From: Nitrospirota bacterium
Lineage (GTDB): Bacteria; Nitrospirota; Nitrospiria; Nitrospirales; NS-4
Reading direction: 5' to 3'
Length of the DNA: 64,000 nucleotides
Assembly (NCBI GenBank): GCA_963788195.1
Contig: CAWBGA010000002.1
Span: 32,001 to 96,000, forward strand
The notes under the pieces were generated by a model that did no database searches, was not told where the DNA came from, and was given only the letters and a program-made list of their open reading frames with translations. A program made the translations under genes and the position numbers. This document shows positions 29,520-39,874 of this stretch, one piece after another (position 1 is the first letter of the stretch; each line of letters opens with the position of its first letter).

Positions 29520-30197
29520 ATGAATACGATCGCGCTTGAAGTGCTGCCTGATCACGCGCTCTCAATGTTTCCCAGATCCGATCATCTTTCCGGCGTAGCG
29601 TGCCAGGAAATTGCCACCAAGAGGGTGGGTCCCGGCGTACTATTTCTGACATCCTCCCTGGAGCTCATCTATAAGGATCAACATTCCCTGGAACTATGCG
29701 CGGTGATCAACCATGCGCAGGGGATGAAAACAGCGCGAGGCCTGTTGCCGCCTGCTGTCTTGGATGTCTGCAGCAAAGTGGCGCAACTGATGAAGACGGC
29801 CAAAAAGTCCGTGCACGCTCAGGATTTGCAGGTGAGACAGGTGGTCCCCCATCCGGATACCCCGGTGCTTATCTGGGGCATCGGTTTGCCTGATCCCAAC
29901 AATCCTGAACAAGGGCGGATTTTAGTGCTGATCGAGGAGAGTCGGCGGCACCCCACTGCCCTGCTTCGAGCGGCGCAGCAACGGTTCATGTTTACCGAAC
30001 GCGATACCGAGGTGCTGCAGCATCTCTTCAAGGGCTGGACGAATAAAGAAATCGCCAACGCCATGCAAATCGGCGAGCAGGCGGTTAAGGAACACATCCG
30101 AAAGCTTATGAACAAAACGCGCGCCCGCACGCGATCAGCGATCTTGATGGCGGTGATCGCTCTGGAGGGAAGTTCTACGGCGCCCGAGATCCACTGA
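29520..30197 (+). CDS. LuxR-family HTH transcriptional regulator
   Basis: FTERDTEVL..GWTNKEIA..VKEHIRKLMNK..TR. Confidence 0.85.
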   Translation: MNTIALEVLPDHALSMFPRSDHLSGVACQEIATKRVGPGVLFLTSSLELIYKDQHSLELCAVINHAQGMKTARGLLPPAVLDVCSKVAQLMKTAKKSVHAQDLQVRQVVPHPDTPVLIWGIGLPDPNNPEQGRILVLIEESRRHPTALLRAAQQRFMFTERDTEVLQHLFKGWTNKEIANAMQIGEQAVKEHIRKLMNKTRARTRSAILMAVIALEGSSTAPEIH

Positions 30198-30220
30198 AAA
30201 ATCTCCTTTCAGCGCGGACG

Positions 30221-30710
30221 CCATTGCACCCGCCCGCTCCGAGGCTGCTAAGACGAGCGCTTTTTCTCGTAGCACCCACCATTGCACCCAGCCCGCCCCC
30301 CGACGCGCCCCTTTCCTCATGGCGGAGCGCAGCACGACTTGCTTGCGCTTCGCGGTGCACAACAAAAGGGGACAAGGCGCCATTCGTCAAAAGAGCCCGT
30401 CCCCTTCGACTCCCGCTTTGCTCCACGAAATGAGCCCAGCGAGAACTTGTCTTTGACGGGTGGCACCGATCGGGACCCAGCCAGAGCGCAGCACGACTTG
30501 CTTGCGCATCGCGGAGTGCGAGCAAGGCTGGGCAGGTCGGTGACAGGACCCGTCAAGTCAGGTTCTTCGCTATTCCCAGAATGACAGTGCTGCGCTCAGA
30601 ATCCCTCCGGCTTCCCGCTTTGCCCCACGAGTGAGGCCCGCAAGAACGCGTTTGACAGTAACTCCGGACATGCCCTGAGAGCGCCAGCGACTTGCTTGCG
30701 CATCGCGGAG
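30221..30710. repeat. Composite intergenic repeat region
   Basis: Two CCATTGCACCC units, three GAGCGC..CGACTTGCTTGCGC(A/T)TCGCGG units and one GGGGAC/GTCCCC palindrome. Confidence 0.7.
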
Positions 30711-30752
30711 CGGGCGCCTCAGGGCTGTGCGGTGGCACGACCCGAAGTGATC

Positions 30753-33635
30753 TCAGGCCGAATAAGAATCCATGGGTGGGCAGGTGCAGATGAGATTCCG
30801 ATCGCCGTAGGCGTTATCGATGCGTCCCACAAAGGGCCAGAATTTGTAATCGCGGAGGTAGGCCGCAGGAAAAGCGGCTTGCTCGCGGCTGTAGGGGTGC
30901 TTCCAATCGGAGGCCGTCACGACCTCGGCCGTGTGCGGTGAGTTCTTCAGCACATTATCGTCCTTAGGTCTGCGTCCCTCTGCGATCTCCTGGATTTCGC
31001 CACGGATTGCAATCATGGCCTCGCAGAAACGATCCATCTCCGCCTTTGACTCGCTCTCGGTCGGTTCGATCATGAGCGTCCCCGGCACCGGAAACGACAT
31101 CGTCGGCGCATGAAAACCGTAGTCCATGAGTCGCTTGGCGATGTCGTTCACTTCCACACCGGTGCTCTCCTTGAACTGCCGAGCGTCCAGAATGAATTCG
31201 TGCGCCACAAAGCCACTCTTGCCGGTATAGAGCACAGGGTAATATTTCTCCAGGCGGCGAGCCATATAGTTGGCGTTGAGAATTGCGACCTTGGTCGCTT
31301 TGGTCAGGCCGTCGGCGCCCATTAGCGCGATATAGACCCAGGAGATCGTTAAGATGCTGGGGCTGCCATAGGGAGCGGCAGCAACCGGTCCGATCGAGTC
31401 TTTCCCGCCGAGGTTTGTAACCGGATGGCCGGGAAGAAACTGTGCAAGGTGAGCGGCGACTCCTATCGGCCCCATGCCGGGCCCCCCACCGCCATGCGGG
31501 ATGCAAAATGTCTTGTGTAGATTGAGATGGCAGACGTCGGCGCCGATGTCTCCCGGCCGGCACAATCCCACCTGCGCATTCATATTTGCTCCGTCCATGT
31601 ACACCTGAGCCCCGTGCTCATGCGCGATCTCACAGACGCGCCGGATGTCTTCTTCGAAGACTCCGTGTGTCGAGGGGTAGGTGATCATCAAAGCGGCAAG
31701 CTTGTCCCGATGTTGTATCGCTTTGGCCTCCAGATCCCGAAGGTTGATATTGCCGCCTTCGTCGCACGCAACCGCGACGACCTTCATTCCCGCAATGACC
31801 GCGCTCGCGGGATTCGTTCCATGTGCAGACGTGGGTATCAAGCAGACGTCGCGTTGTGGTTGGCCTCTGCGCCGGTGATAGCTCCGGATGACCATCAAAC
31901 CGGCATATTCACCCTGTGATCCGGCATTCGGTTGTAACGACACTGCCGCAAAACCGGTGATCTCCGCGAGCCAGCTTTCAAGCTGCGTAAAAAGCGCCTG
32001 ATAGCCACGGCTCTGATCCTTCGGGACGAATGGATGGAGGCGGCTGAACTCGCGCCAGGTGAGCGGAAGCATTTCAACAGTGGCATTGAGCTTCATGGTG
32101 CAGGAACCGAGCGGGATCATCGAATGGATCAACGAAAGGTCTCTCGCTTGGAGCCGGTGGATATAGCGGAGCATTTCATGCTCGGAGTGATATCGATTGA
32201 ACACCGGATGCGTGAGGTATTCGCTGGTGCGGGTGAGCGTCGAGGGAATCGGCAAGGGCACATGCTCGCGTCCGGAGAGGCTTTCCACGGTGAAATCAAA
32301 AGGGCGGTCCGCGGCAAAGATTTCGAAGAGCGCTTGCACCTCCGAGACGGTCGTGGCCTCGTCCAACGAAACGCCGAATGACCCATCATCGAACCGTCGT
32401 AGATTTATCCCGTTTTTATGAGCCTTATTGATAATGGCCTCTGGTGAGCCGGCCAGTGCCTGTACTTGCAGGGTGTCGAAAAACGGTTCGTTTCCACAAG
32501 CATGGCCAAGGCGGCGCAGGCCTTCGGCGAGAACGCAGGCCAGACCGTGAACGCGCTCGGCAATCCGGCGAAGCCCCTCGGGGCCATGGTAGACGGCGTA
32601 CATGGCGGCCATGACTGCAAGTAGTACCTGGGCCGTACAGATATTGCTCGTGGCCTTATCGCGTCGGATATGTTGCTCACGCGTCTGAAGGGCGAGCCGC
32701 AGGGCCGGTTTTCCCGAAGAATCTTTGGACATGCCGACAATCCGGCCCGGCAATTGGCGCTTGTAGGCATCCTTCGTGGCCATGAAGCCCGCATGGGGTC
32801 CTCCAAATCCGAGCGGCACACCGAAACGCTGGCTGGAACCTACCGCGATATCAGCGTCGAATTCTCCAGGCGGCCGCAGCATCGTCAGCGCAAGGAGATC
32901 CGTCGCGACGACGGCCAGCGCGCCGGCGGCATGAGCGCGATCGATGACCGTGGTGTAGTCGCATACGCTGCCGCCGGTGGAAGGGTATTGCAAGAGGAGC
33001 CCGCAAACATCCCCACCGGCAAAATCGATCGCGGTGACATCCACGATTTCCAAGCGAATGCCCAACGGGTCGGCATGCGTTTGAAGCACCGCCAGTGTCT
33101 GCGGATGACAATCCGCGCCGGCGAGGAATCTGGTTTTGCCTGGAGCCATCGCCTGACACATGTGCATAGCCTCGGCTGCCGCGGTGGCTTCATCCAATAG
33201 TGAGGCATTGGAGAGGGGCAGGCCGGTCAGGTCAGCGATCATAGTCTGAAAGGTCAGCAACGCTTCGAGACGCCCTTGCGCGATCTCCGCTTGATACGGG
33301 GTATACTGCGTATACCAACCCGGATTTTCCAAGACATTGCGCTGAACGACGGGCGGAGTGATGCAGTCATAGTAACCCATGCCGATAAATGAGCGACATA
33401 CCTTGTTCTGTGCCGCAAGAGCGCGTAACCGCGCGAGGACTTCGTGTTCTCCACGGTGCGGCCCCAGTGTCAGGGGACGTCGGAGGCGAATATCCGAGGG
33501 CAGCGTTGCGTCGATCAATGCATCGAGCGATGAGAGGCCCAGGGTTGACAGCATTTGATGAATGTCGTCATCCGTGGCGCCAATGTGGCGATGGACAAAG
33601 GTATCAGTAGGCTTGAAAAGATTGGGAATACTCAT
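30753..33635 (-). CDS. gcvP: Glycine dehydrogenase (decarboxylating), P protein
   Basis: [54 protein letters not shown]; 960 aa. Confidence 0.97.
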   Translation of the reverse strand: MSIPNLFKPTDTFVHRHIGATDDDIHQMLSTLGLSSLDALIDATLPSDIRLRRPLTLGPHRGEHEVLARLRALAAQNKVCRSFIGMGYYDCITPPVVQRNVLENPGWYTQYTPYQAEIAQGRLEALLTFQTMIADLTGLPLSNASLLDEATAAAEAMHMCQAMAPGKTRFLAGADCHPQTLAVLQTHADPLGIRLEIVDVTAIDFAGGDVCGLLLQYPSTGGSVCDYTTVIDRAHAAGALAVVATDLLALTMLRPPGEFDADIAVGSSQRFGVPLGFGGPHAGFMATKDAYKRQLPGRIVGMSKDSSGKPALRLALQTREQHIRRDKATSNICTAQVLLAVMAAMYAVYHGPEGLRRIAERVHGLACVLAEGLRRLGHACGNEPFFDTLQVQALAGSPEAIINKAHKNGINLRRFDDGSFGVSLDEATTVSEVQALFEIFAADRPFDFTVESLSGREHVPLPIPSTLTRTSEYLTHPVFNRYHSEHEMLRYIHRLQARDLSLIHSMIPLGSCTMKLNATVEMLPLTWREFSRLHPFVPKDQSRGYQALFTQLESWLAEITGFAAVSLQPNAGSQGEYAGLMVIRSYHRRRGQPQRDVCLIPTSAHGTNPASAVIAGMKVVAVACDEGGNINLRDLEAKAIQHRDKLAALMITYPSTHGVFEEDIRRVCEIAHEHGAQVYMDGANMNAQVGLCRPGDIGADVCHLNLHKTFCIPHGGGGPGMGPIGVAAHLAQFLPGHPVTNLGGKDSIGPVAAAPYGSPSILTISWVYIALMGADGLTKATKVAILNANYMARRLEKYYPVLYTGKSGFVAHEFILDARQFKESTGVEVNDIAKRLMDYGFHAPTMSFPVPGTLMIEPTESESKAEMDRFCEAMIAIRGEIQEIAEGRRPKDDNVLKNSPHTAEVVTASDWKHPYSREQAAFPAAYLRDYKFWPFVGRIDNAYGDRNLICTCPPMDSYSA

Positions 33636-33762
33636 GAAAAATGCCTTTGTGAAAGGAACAGTTGCATGAAGGAGGTTAACACGCTCCCTGCTTCAGAACA
33701 AGGTCGGAAGCGACCCGCCTACGGTATCATCTTGGGTCACAAACACTCAAAGGTAATGGGCC

Positions 33763-35430
33763 ATGGGATCGTTTGAGAAAATTCATGACATCGTGATTGT
33801 CGGGGGGGGCCTTGCCGGAATGCGGGCTGCGGTGGCGGTTCCCTCTGGTTTTGACGTGGCAATCGTCTCAAAAGTTCATCCGGTACGGAGCCATTCGGTA
33901 GCCGCCCAGGGAGGTATCAATGCAGCACTGGGGCCCGATGATTCATGGGAAAGTCACGCGTACGACACCGCCAAAGGCGGACTATGGCTGGGCGATCAGG
34001 ACGGCATCGAAGCGATGTGCCGAGAGGCGCCTTCGGACATTTTGGAACTGGAACGGATGGGCGTCATCTTTAGCCGCGACGCCGCTGGTCACATTGCGCA
34101 GCGTCCGTTCGGCGGTGCGGGGTTCCCCCGGACCTGTTACGCTGCCGACCGCACCGGCCACGCCATTTTGCACGCGATGTATGAACAATTGATGAAACGC
34201 GACATCCATGTCTACGAGGAATGGCACGTGACGGCATTAGTTGTAGAGGAGGGAATCTGCCGCGGCCTCGTTGCCTGGGACGTATTGAACGGCAGCCTGC
34301 ACGCGATCGGCGCAAAGGCAGTGATCCTAGCGACTGGTGGCTGCGGCCGGATCTATCTTACGAGCACGAATGCCGTTATCAACACCGGCGACGGGATGAG
34401 CATGGCCTATCGGGCCGGGGTGGCCCTCATGGACATGGAGTTCATCCAGTTTCATCCCACGACGCTCAAGGATACTGGCATTCTCATCTCAGAAGGCGCG
34501 CGTGGTGAAGGTGCGTATCTGGTGAACACGCTTGGCGAGCGCTTCATGGAAAGATACGCCCCCCAGCAGATGGAACTGGCGACCCGGTCCACTGTGTCGC
34601 TGGCGATCGCCACTGAGATTGCCGAAGGGCGGGGGGTCGACGACTGTATTCTCCTTGATCTGCGACATCTGGGACGGGAAAGAATACTGGAGCGACTGCC
34701 ACAGATTCGGCAACTAGCCCTCGATTTTGCCGGCGTCGATCCTGTTGAGAGCCCGATCCCGGTCCAACCGGGGGCGCATTACGCCATGGGCGGAATCAAG
34801 ACCAACAACTGGGGCGAGACTGACATGCCAGGGCTCTTCGCCGCGGGAGAATGTGCTTGCGTGAGCATTCATGGAGCAAACCGTCTTGGGGGCAATTCGT
34901 TGCTGGAGACTATAGTTTTCGGCAGGCGGTCTGGACTTCGCAGTGCCGAGTATGCGGCCAACGCCCAGGACCCGACTACCGATATGGGGGTCCTTCGTAG
35001 TGAAGAGGGGCGGATCGCACATCTGTTTAAGAACGAGGGGCCGGAGCGGCCATGGCAAGTCCGAGAGGAACTCGGAAGGACGCTCACGCAGCGTCTTGGA
35101 CTCGTTCGGACCAAGGATAAGATGGCGGCGGCGTTGGACCATATGAAGGAACTCAAGGTGCGCGCGCGCCGCGTCCGATTGGAGGATCATGGGAAAATTT
35201 TCAACAGCGATCTCGTGACAGCCTTGGAGCTTAATTCTCTAGTGGAACTCGCAGAGACTGCCATTGCGGGGGGATTGGCACGGCAGGAATCTCGCGGGGC
35301 ACACTATCGGCGTGATTTTCCGGAGCGCGACGATGCGAACTGGCTAAAGCACTCCATCTGTCATTTAAGTGTGGAAGGACCACGGCTCACCTATGCTCCG
35401 GTGACGATCTCGCGCTTTCCACCGCAGTAG
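33763..35430 (+). CDS. sdhA: Succinate dehydrogenase/fumarate reductase flavoprotein subunit
   Basis: GGGLAG; RSHSVAAQGG (covalent-FAD His); QFHPT; HGANRLGGNSL; ESRGAH. Reaction direction cannot be told from sequence. Confidence 0.88.
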   Translation: MGSFEKIHDIVIVGGGLAGMRAAVAVPSGFDVAIVSKVHPVRSHSVAAQGGINAALGPDDSWESHAYDTAKGGLWLGDQDGIEAMCREAPSDILELERMGVIFSRDAAGHIAQRPFGGAGFPRTCYAADRTGHAILHAMYEQLMKRDIHVYEEWHVTALVVEEGICRGLVAWDVLNGSLHAIGAKAVILATGGCGRIYLTSTNAVINTGDGMSMAYRAGVALMDMEFIQFHPTTLKDTGILISEGARGEGAYLVNTLGERFMERYAPQQMELATRSTVSLAIATEIAEGRGVDDCILLDLRHLGRERILERLPQIRQLALDFAGVDPVESPIPVQPGAHYAMGGIKTNNWGETDMPGLFAAGECACVSIHGANRLGGNSLLETIVFGRRSGLRSAEYAANAQDPTTDMGVLRSEEGRIAHLFKNEGPERPWQVREELGRTLTQRLGLVRTKDKMAAALDHMKELKVRARRVRLEDHGKIFNSDLVTALELNSLVELAETAIAGGLARQESRGAHYRRDFPERDDANWLKHSICHLSVEGPRLTYAPVTISRFPPQ

Positions 35431-35827
35431 TCCTTGGTTGAATGACCACGGCTTTCCTACGTTCCGGTGTCTACCTCTTGGATAAAACTACCTAGGATAA
35501 ATGACGTATACAGGGGTGGACACGCGCGACTATAATCGTAACTAAAATCACTTAGCAATAGTCAAGTACATGTCACTTCGTCAAGTTTTTGACGGAGCTG
35601 AGCTATTCCTTCTTGCAAAAAAACCACTTGACGAGACAGCCTGGAACCGTCATAAATCCTTCCCGAATATAGGAAAATACCTAAATTAGAGTCTTACCCC
35701 CAACTTTCGGGGGTCCAAGGCACGCTGGTTGCTTAATCTTGACTAGCCTCGTTGACCACAGGGTATGAACAGACTGAGCACAATGTATTAACAGCGTTAT
35801 TAACAACATATCAACAAGGGAGGAGAC

Positions 35828-36283
35828 ATGGATCGCGACGTAATTAAACTGGACAGGGATGAGCAGGAGGAAATAACGACCCGGTTCGACCCCGCAAAGC
35901 CAACGATTCTTATTGTGGAGGACGAACCAGGCCCGCGGGCAGCCTACAAGGTCATTTTGCGCCCTTTCTATAATCTGTACCTTGCCGAAAGCGCGGAGGG
36001 TGCTACCGATCTCCTTCAGGATCACAAGATTGATCTGGTGATTCTTGATTTGAAATTGGGCGGCCGTCATGGGATGGAATTCTTGAAGGATATGAAGCAC
36101 CAGCATGAAGATGTAGAGGTCATCATTATTACCGGATATGGCACGCTGCAATCAGCAATGGACGGAATCCGTTTTGGCGCCGCATGCCACTTGCTGAAGC
36201 CCTTTGATGTCATGGAGTTGATCAACGCAATCAACGAGGCGCTGAAGCGCTCCAAGAAAGGGGCTGCCCCACAGGCCAGCTAG
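35828..36283 (+). CDS. Single-domain response regulator receiver
   Basis: ILIVEDE..DLVILDLKL..ITGYG..KPF; GGAGGAG RBS. Confidence 0.88.
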   Translation: MDRDVIKLDRDEQEEITTRFDPAKPTILIVEDEPGPRAAYKVILRPFYNLYLAESAEGATDLLQDHKIDLVILDLKLGGRHGMEFLKDMKHQHEDVEVIIITGYGTLQSAMDGIRFGAACHLLKPFDVMELINAINEALKRSKKGAAPQAS

Positions 36284-36543
36284 AATAGAGTCTTTTTCGT
36301 TCGAAAGCTCGGAAGCCTTCGGGTGCGCAACGTCGGCTGTGGCAGCGCTCCGGTTCCGTTGCTTTCTTCCGAACGGCTGCTCACAACCCGTATCATCTCT
36401 GGGAGGCTACCCAGCCTATCCCCGCTCTCTATTTCCCCACTCAGCCACTTTCACACCCGTACTCAGCTCTGCGGAGCCGGCTAGACTCGCTTTGTGTTTT
36501 GTTGCAGAATCATTCTATCGAAAACGATGGAGCGAGGATCGCC

Positions 36544-37323
36544 ATGCTGAGAATCGTACTTCTTGTCCTGTGCGTGCTGCTTGCGGTCTCTGGGCGGGTC
36601 AGCGCCCAAATTGATGAGCGCAACCTGATCGATCTGACCTATTCCTATGATGAGCAGACGATCTTCTGGCCGAACAACAAGCCGTTTGAATGGGAGGAAA
36701 CAGCTTGGGGAATGGCGGCCGGAGGCTACTGGTATGCTGCCGGAAGCTTTTGCATGTCCGAGCACGGCGGGACGCACATCGACGCTCCTATACACTTCGG
36801 TAAAGGTCAGCACACCCTCGATAAGATCCCGCTCTATCGCTTGGTGGCACCCGCGGTGGTAATTGATGTACGGGACGCAGTGGCCAAGGACCGGGACTAC
36901 AGGCTTTCTGCGGAAGATCTGAAAACATGGGAATCGCGGCACGGACGAATTCCGATCGGCGCTATTGTGCTTATGCATTCCGGATGGGGACGATATTGGC
37001 CGGACAAGGTGAAGTATTTCGGCAGCGTGACACCCGGCGATCCTGAGACTCTCCATTTCCCCGGATTTTCCAAAGAGGCAGCCGAGTTTCTAATCACGGA
37101 ACGAAGGATCGATGGTGTTGGGATTGACACACCGAGCATCGACCACGGCCCTTCCAGAGATTTTCTCGTCCATCAGATTTTGAACGGAGCGAATGTTTAC
37201 GGCCTTGAGAATGTTGCGAGTCTAGAGCGGCTGCCTGCGACGGGAGCAACCGTGATCGCCCTGCCCATGAAAATCAAGGGCGGATCGGGAGGTCCTGTGC
37301 GAATCATCGCACTTCTGCCATAG
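36544..37323 (+). CDS. Secreted cyclase-family (kynurenine formamidase-like) metal hydrolase
   Basis: Signal peptide; EHGGTHIDAPIHF; GIDTPSID; ENV; GGSGGPVR. Confidence 0.88.
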   Translation: MLRIVLLVLCVLLAVSGRVSAQIDERNLIDLTYSYDEQTIFWPNNKPFEWEETAWGMAAGGYWYAAGSFCMSEHGGTHIDAPIHFGKGQHTLDKIPLYRLVAPAVVIDVRDAVAKDRDYRLSAEDLKTWESRHGRIPIGAIVLMHSGWGRYWPDKVKYFGSVTPGDPETLHFPGFSKEAAEFLITERRIDGVGIDTPSIDHGPSRDFLVHQILNGANVYGLENVASLERLPATGATVIALPMKIKGGSGGPVRIIALLP

Positions 37324-37458
37324 TCCCCACTTCCCTCTCCCCTGTCGTGCGGCTGATCATGCCGATCGTTCTCACTGCACTTATTCCGATTCAGCCGCAT
37401 CTGTAACCCACTTACCCTTTTCATCGTTCGTTGGTCTAAGGGGGAAGGAGAAACCCCT

Positions 37459-37653
37459 GTGAAATTCAACGAGTTGCTAAGACTGCTGGAAGGAAACGGG
37501 TTCGAACTAGTGAAAGAAAAGGGATCAATCAGGTATTATTCAAAGCCAGGGCTCGACCGACTCATTAGAATTGACTATCATGGTGCCAAGGAAGTGCCTA
37601 CGGGCACCTGTCAGGCGATTCTAAAGGCTGCTGGGCTGAAAAGAGAGACATGA
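37459..37653 (+). CDS. hicA: HicA-family toxin
   Basis: LE.NGF..KGS..YHG.KEVP.GT..ILKAAGL; GAAGGAG RBS. Confidence 0.8.
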   Translation: MKFNELLRLLEGNGFELVKEKGSIRYYSKPGLDRLIRIDYHGAKEVPTGTCQAILKAAGLKRET

Positions 37654-37654
37654 T

Positions 37655-37903
37655 ATGCTCAATTTGAACTATTCGTTAGTCATCGAAGCAACTGACGATC
37701 CGCACTTCTTCGCCTTTTATTCACCGGACCTCGAAGGCTTTACGGGGACGGGGAAATCTATCGAAGATTGCCTAGAGAAGGCTCGTATCGGTGTAAAAGA
37801 GCATCTGGCTCTGATGAAGGAGAGGAACTTGCCTATTCCTTCTCCTAATCTCAATCCAAACGTCACTATCAAGGATACGCGAGCTGTGCGGCAGGGCGCG
37901 TAG
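37655..37903 (+). CDS. hicB: HicB-family antitoxin (short form)
   Basis: PDLEG..G.SIE..A....L....LPIP; starts 1 bp after hicA. Confidence 0.8.
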   Translation: MLNLNYSLVIEATDDPHFFAFYSPDLEGFTGTGKSIEDCLEKARIGVKEHLALMKERNLPIPSPNLNPNVTIKDTRAVRQGA

Positions 37904-38222
37904 GCTCCACAACCACAAATCTGTCCCAGATTTTTCTCCAATCCCCAAAGACAACAATACACCTATCACGGGGTGGCGCGCCCGGTTCAGCTCCCCAGCC
38001 CGAAACCAGTCCGCGAACCCGATTCCGATCCGGCTTAGTTTTTTTCCTTTTGAGTGTTCGCTGGTGGAGAATCTGCTCTGAGCGATGTAATTGGCAACAG
38101 AAGTAGCTCCATTAAAATGTAACTGGCCGCGCAGATACTAAGTGGAGGCCCTCCGCGGGCTGCATCCTTTCGGGAAGCCGGCGGAGGTACTCGGCGGCAG
38201 GACCCCTCTCCAGCGGAGCGAG

Positions 38223-38378
38223 AGCACGTCAGGTGGCTGATTCAAAAGCGGACAGGCTTCAGAAGTGCCTGTCCGCTTTTCACTTTAGCGAGAACTGTTT
38301 CGGGCGGGTGGCGCCGAGCGGGACCCTGGCGGAGCGCAGCGACTTGGGCGGCGGGAGCGAGCACGTCAGGGTGGCTCG
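38223..38378. repeat. Intergenic repeats and possible bidirectional terminator
   Basis: GAGCACGTCAGG(G)TGGCT twice; AAAAGCGGACAGGC/GCCTGTCCGCTTTT at 38244-38280. Confidence 0.6.
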
Positions 38379-38407
38379 GCGACAGGCCCCGCTCTTGATC
38401 AGCGAGC

Positions 38408-39874
38408 CTATCGCATGCCGCCCCAGCGAAAGCCTTTGACTTCGCGAACCGCGGTAACCGGCTTTGCCGATCGTCCAGGCTTCTCTAGCAATAGGACCTT
38501 AAAGTCCCACAGACCGAACCAGGCAGGATCACTGATGTCATGGTAGTGGTGGCCGACGAGTTTCGTTCCCATCTCGCCGAGCGCCCCATTGAGCTCTGAT
38601 TCGGTGTAGGCTCGAATCGCAAACGACTTTCCCACTGACTCACAAAAGCGCCGGATCGCGTATGCTGCGCCTGTACATAGGACCCGAGTGTCCGGTTTGA
38701 TGCTGAGAAACTGTGGTAACGGCCCATACCTTTCCTGAAAACCAAGCCAGCGGGCGGCTTCGCGTAAATGGGAGAATTGCACCTCATATTCCGTGTGTCC
38801 GGGCAGCTTGACCGGAGCAGAAAAGCCATGTTCGATCCCGAACTCGACGAGTAGTGCGCGACCGCCGGGTCTCAATACCCGCCAGACCTCCTCCAAGAAA
38901 CGAAGCGGTCCAAGATTAAAGATGAACTCCGAGGGAACATCGTCGCCGAAGGGGAGATTTAACTTGCGAATCCATCCAAGGGCTTCCTGGTGGACGGCCG
39001 TCGTGGCTATGCCGGAGGTGAGCTCTTGCCGGCTAAGCCGCACGGCGGTCATGTCGGCCAGGTTTTCGTTATCAATGATCAAATCGATGCTCGCGTCTTT
39101 GAGGGGCAGGGCTTCCCCATTTGCCTGGGCGGCCGCCGCAATCCATCCGCCTTCACGAGCAAGCGTCAGCTGTGATTGAAGGAATGGGCGAGTGATATCC
39201 ACCAGCAGATAGCGTGTTTCTTGCCGTTCCCCGGCCGTGAGTCCAGCTGCGAGTTCACGTGCCACATAACCCAGGCCGCCACCGACCTCAAGAATCGTCA
39301 GCGGTTTTGGGGACCACCAGCCCAACTTCTTGAGAGTCCTTGCCAGCAGGCGGCCATACGTCAAGCCTCCGAGGGCTTCCGTCGGCTCGCGAAAGAGGTG
39401 AGACACAGTAGTCTCGACCGTTTCAAAATGTCCTTCGGAAGATGCAATTTCATGCACATGAAACTCTGCGAGGTGGCCTTCGGGCTCCAATTCGGTGCGG
39501 CCCTGCCATCCCTCTCGAATCTTTAACAGTAGGAGATCCCAGCGAGCATCGCCACGGTCTTTCATGGGCGGTTCAGTTCCGAAATAGCAGAGGGAATAAG
39601 CGGGGAGGGACCAACATTCCAAGCAGGCGCGCCCTGTCGCGCCATTGGGCCCGCAGACCCGGTTGCCGAACTTCGCAAGTAACGAGGCCACGGTTGTTTG
39701 ACCGTCCATTGCGGCCAGAAGGTTCGCGCCGACGCGGTTGATCTTGACGAGCGGCATGGCATCATCAAGAGGCGCCAGCCACCATTCTTCATAGGCATGC
39801 TGATAGACCACCATGTCCGGCATGCGCCAGACACGTTGGGCCAAAATGTCCTGAGTTAACGTCAGCTGTTCCAT
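38408..39874 (-). CDS. Class I SAM methyltransferase with a PqqD/RRE-like N-terminal segment
   Basis: INRVGANLLAAMDGQTTVASL; LEVGGGLG motif I; VWRVLRPGG. Start overlaps the 3' end of the upstream gene. Confidence 0.75.
   Translation of the reverse strand: MEQLTLTQDILAQRVWRMPDMVVYQHAYEEWWLAPLDDAMPLVKINRVGANLLAAMDGQTTVASLLAKFGNRVCGPNGATGRACLECWSLPAYSLCYFGTEPPMKDRGDARWDLLLLKIREGWQGRTELEPEGHLAEFHVHEIASSEGHFETVETTVSHLFREPTEALGGLTYGRLLARTLKKLGWWSPKPLTILEVGGGLGYVARELAAGLTAGERQETRYLLVDITRPFLQSQLTLAREGGWIAAAAQANGEALPLKDASIDLIIDNENLADMTAVRLSRQELTSGIATTAVHQEALGWIRKLNLPFGDDVPSEFIFNLGPLRFLEEVWRVLRPGGRALLVEFGIEHGFSAPVKLPGHTEYEVQFSHLREAARWLGFQERYGPLPQFLSIKPDTRVLCTGAAYAIRRFCESVGKSFAIRAYTESELNGALGEMGTKLVGHHYHDISDPAWFGLWDFKVLLLEKPGRSAKPVTAVREVKGFRWGGMR

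Noticed and set aside
30135..30738. Several short ORFs in the LuxR-gcvP gap, and similar ones at 42343-43139
   Set aside because: They are translations of repeat DNA.
38035..38112. 25-codon minus-strand ORF as a RiPP precursor for the oxidase-methyltransferase pair
   Set aside because: No clear RBS or leader/core features, and a hairpin separates it from the operon.
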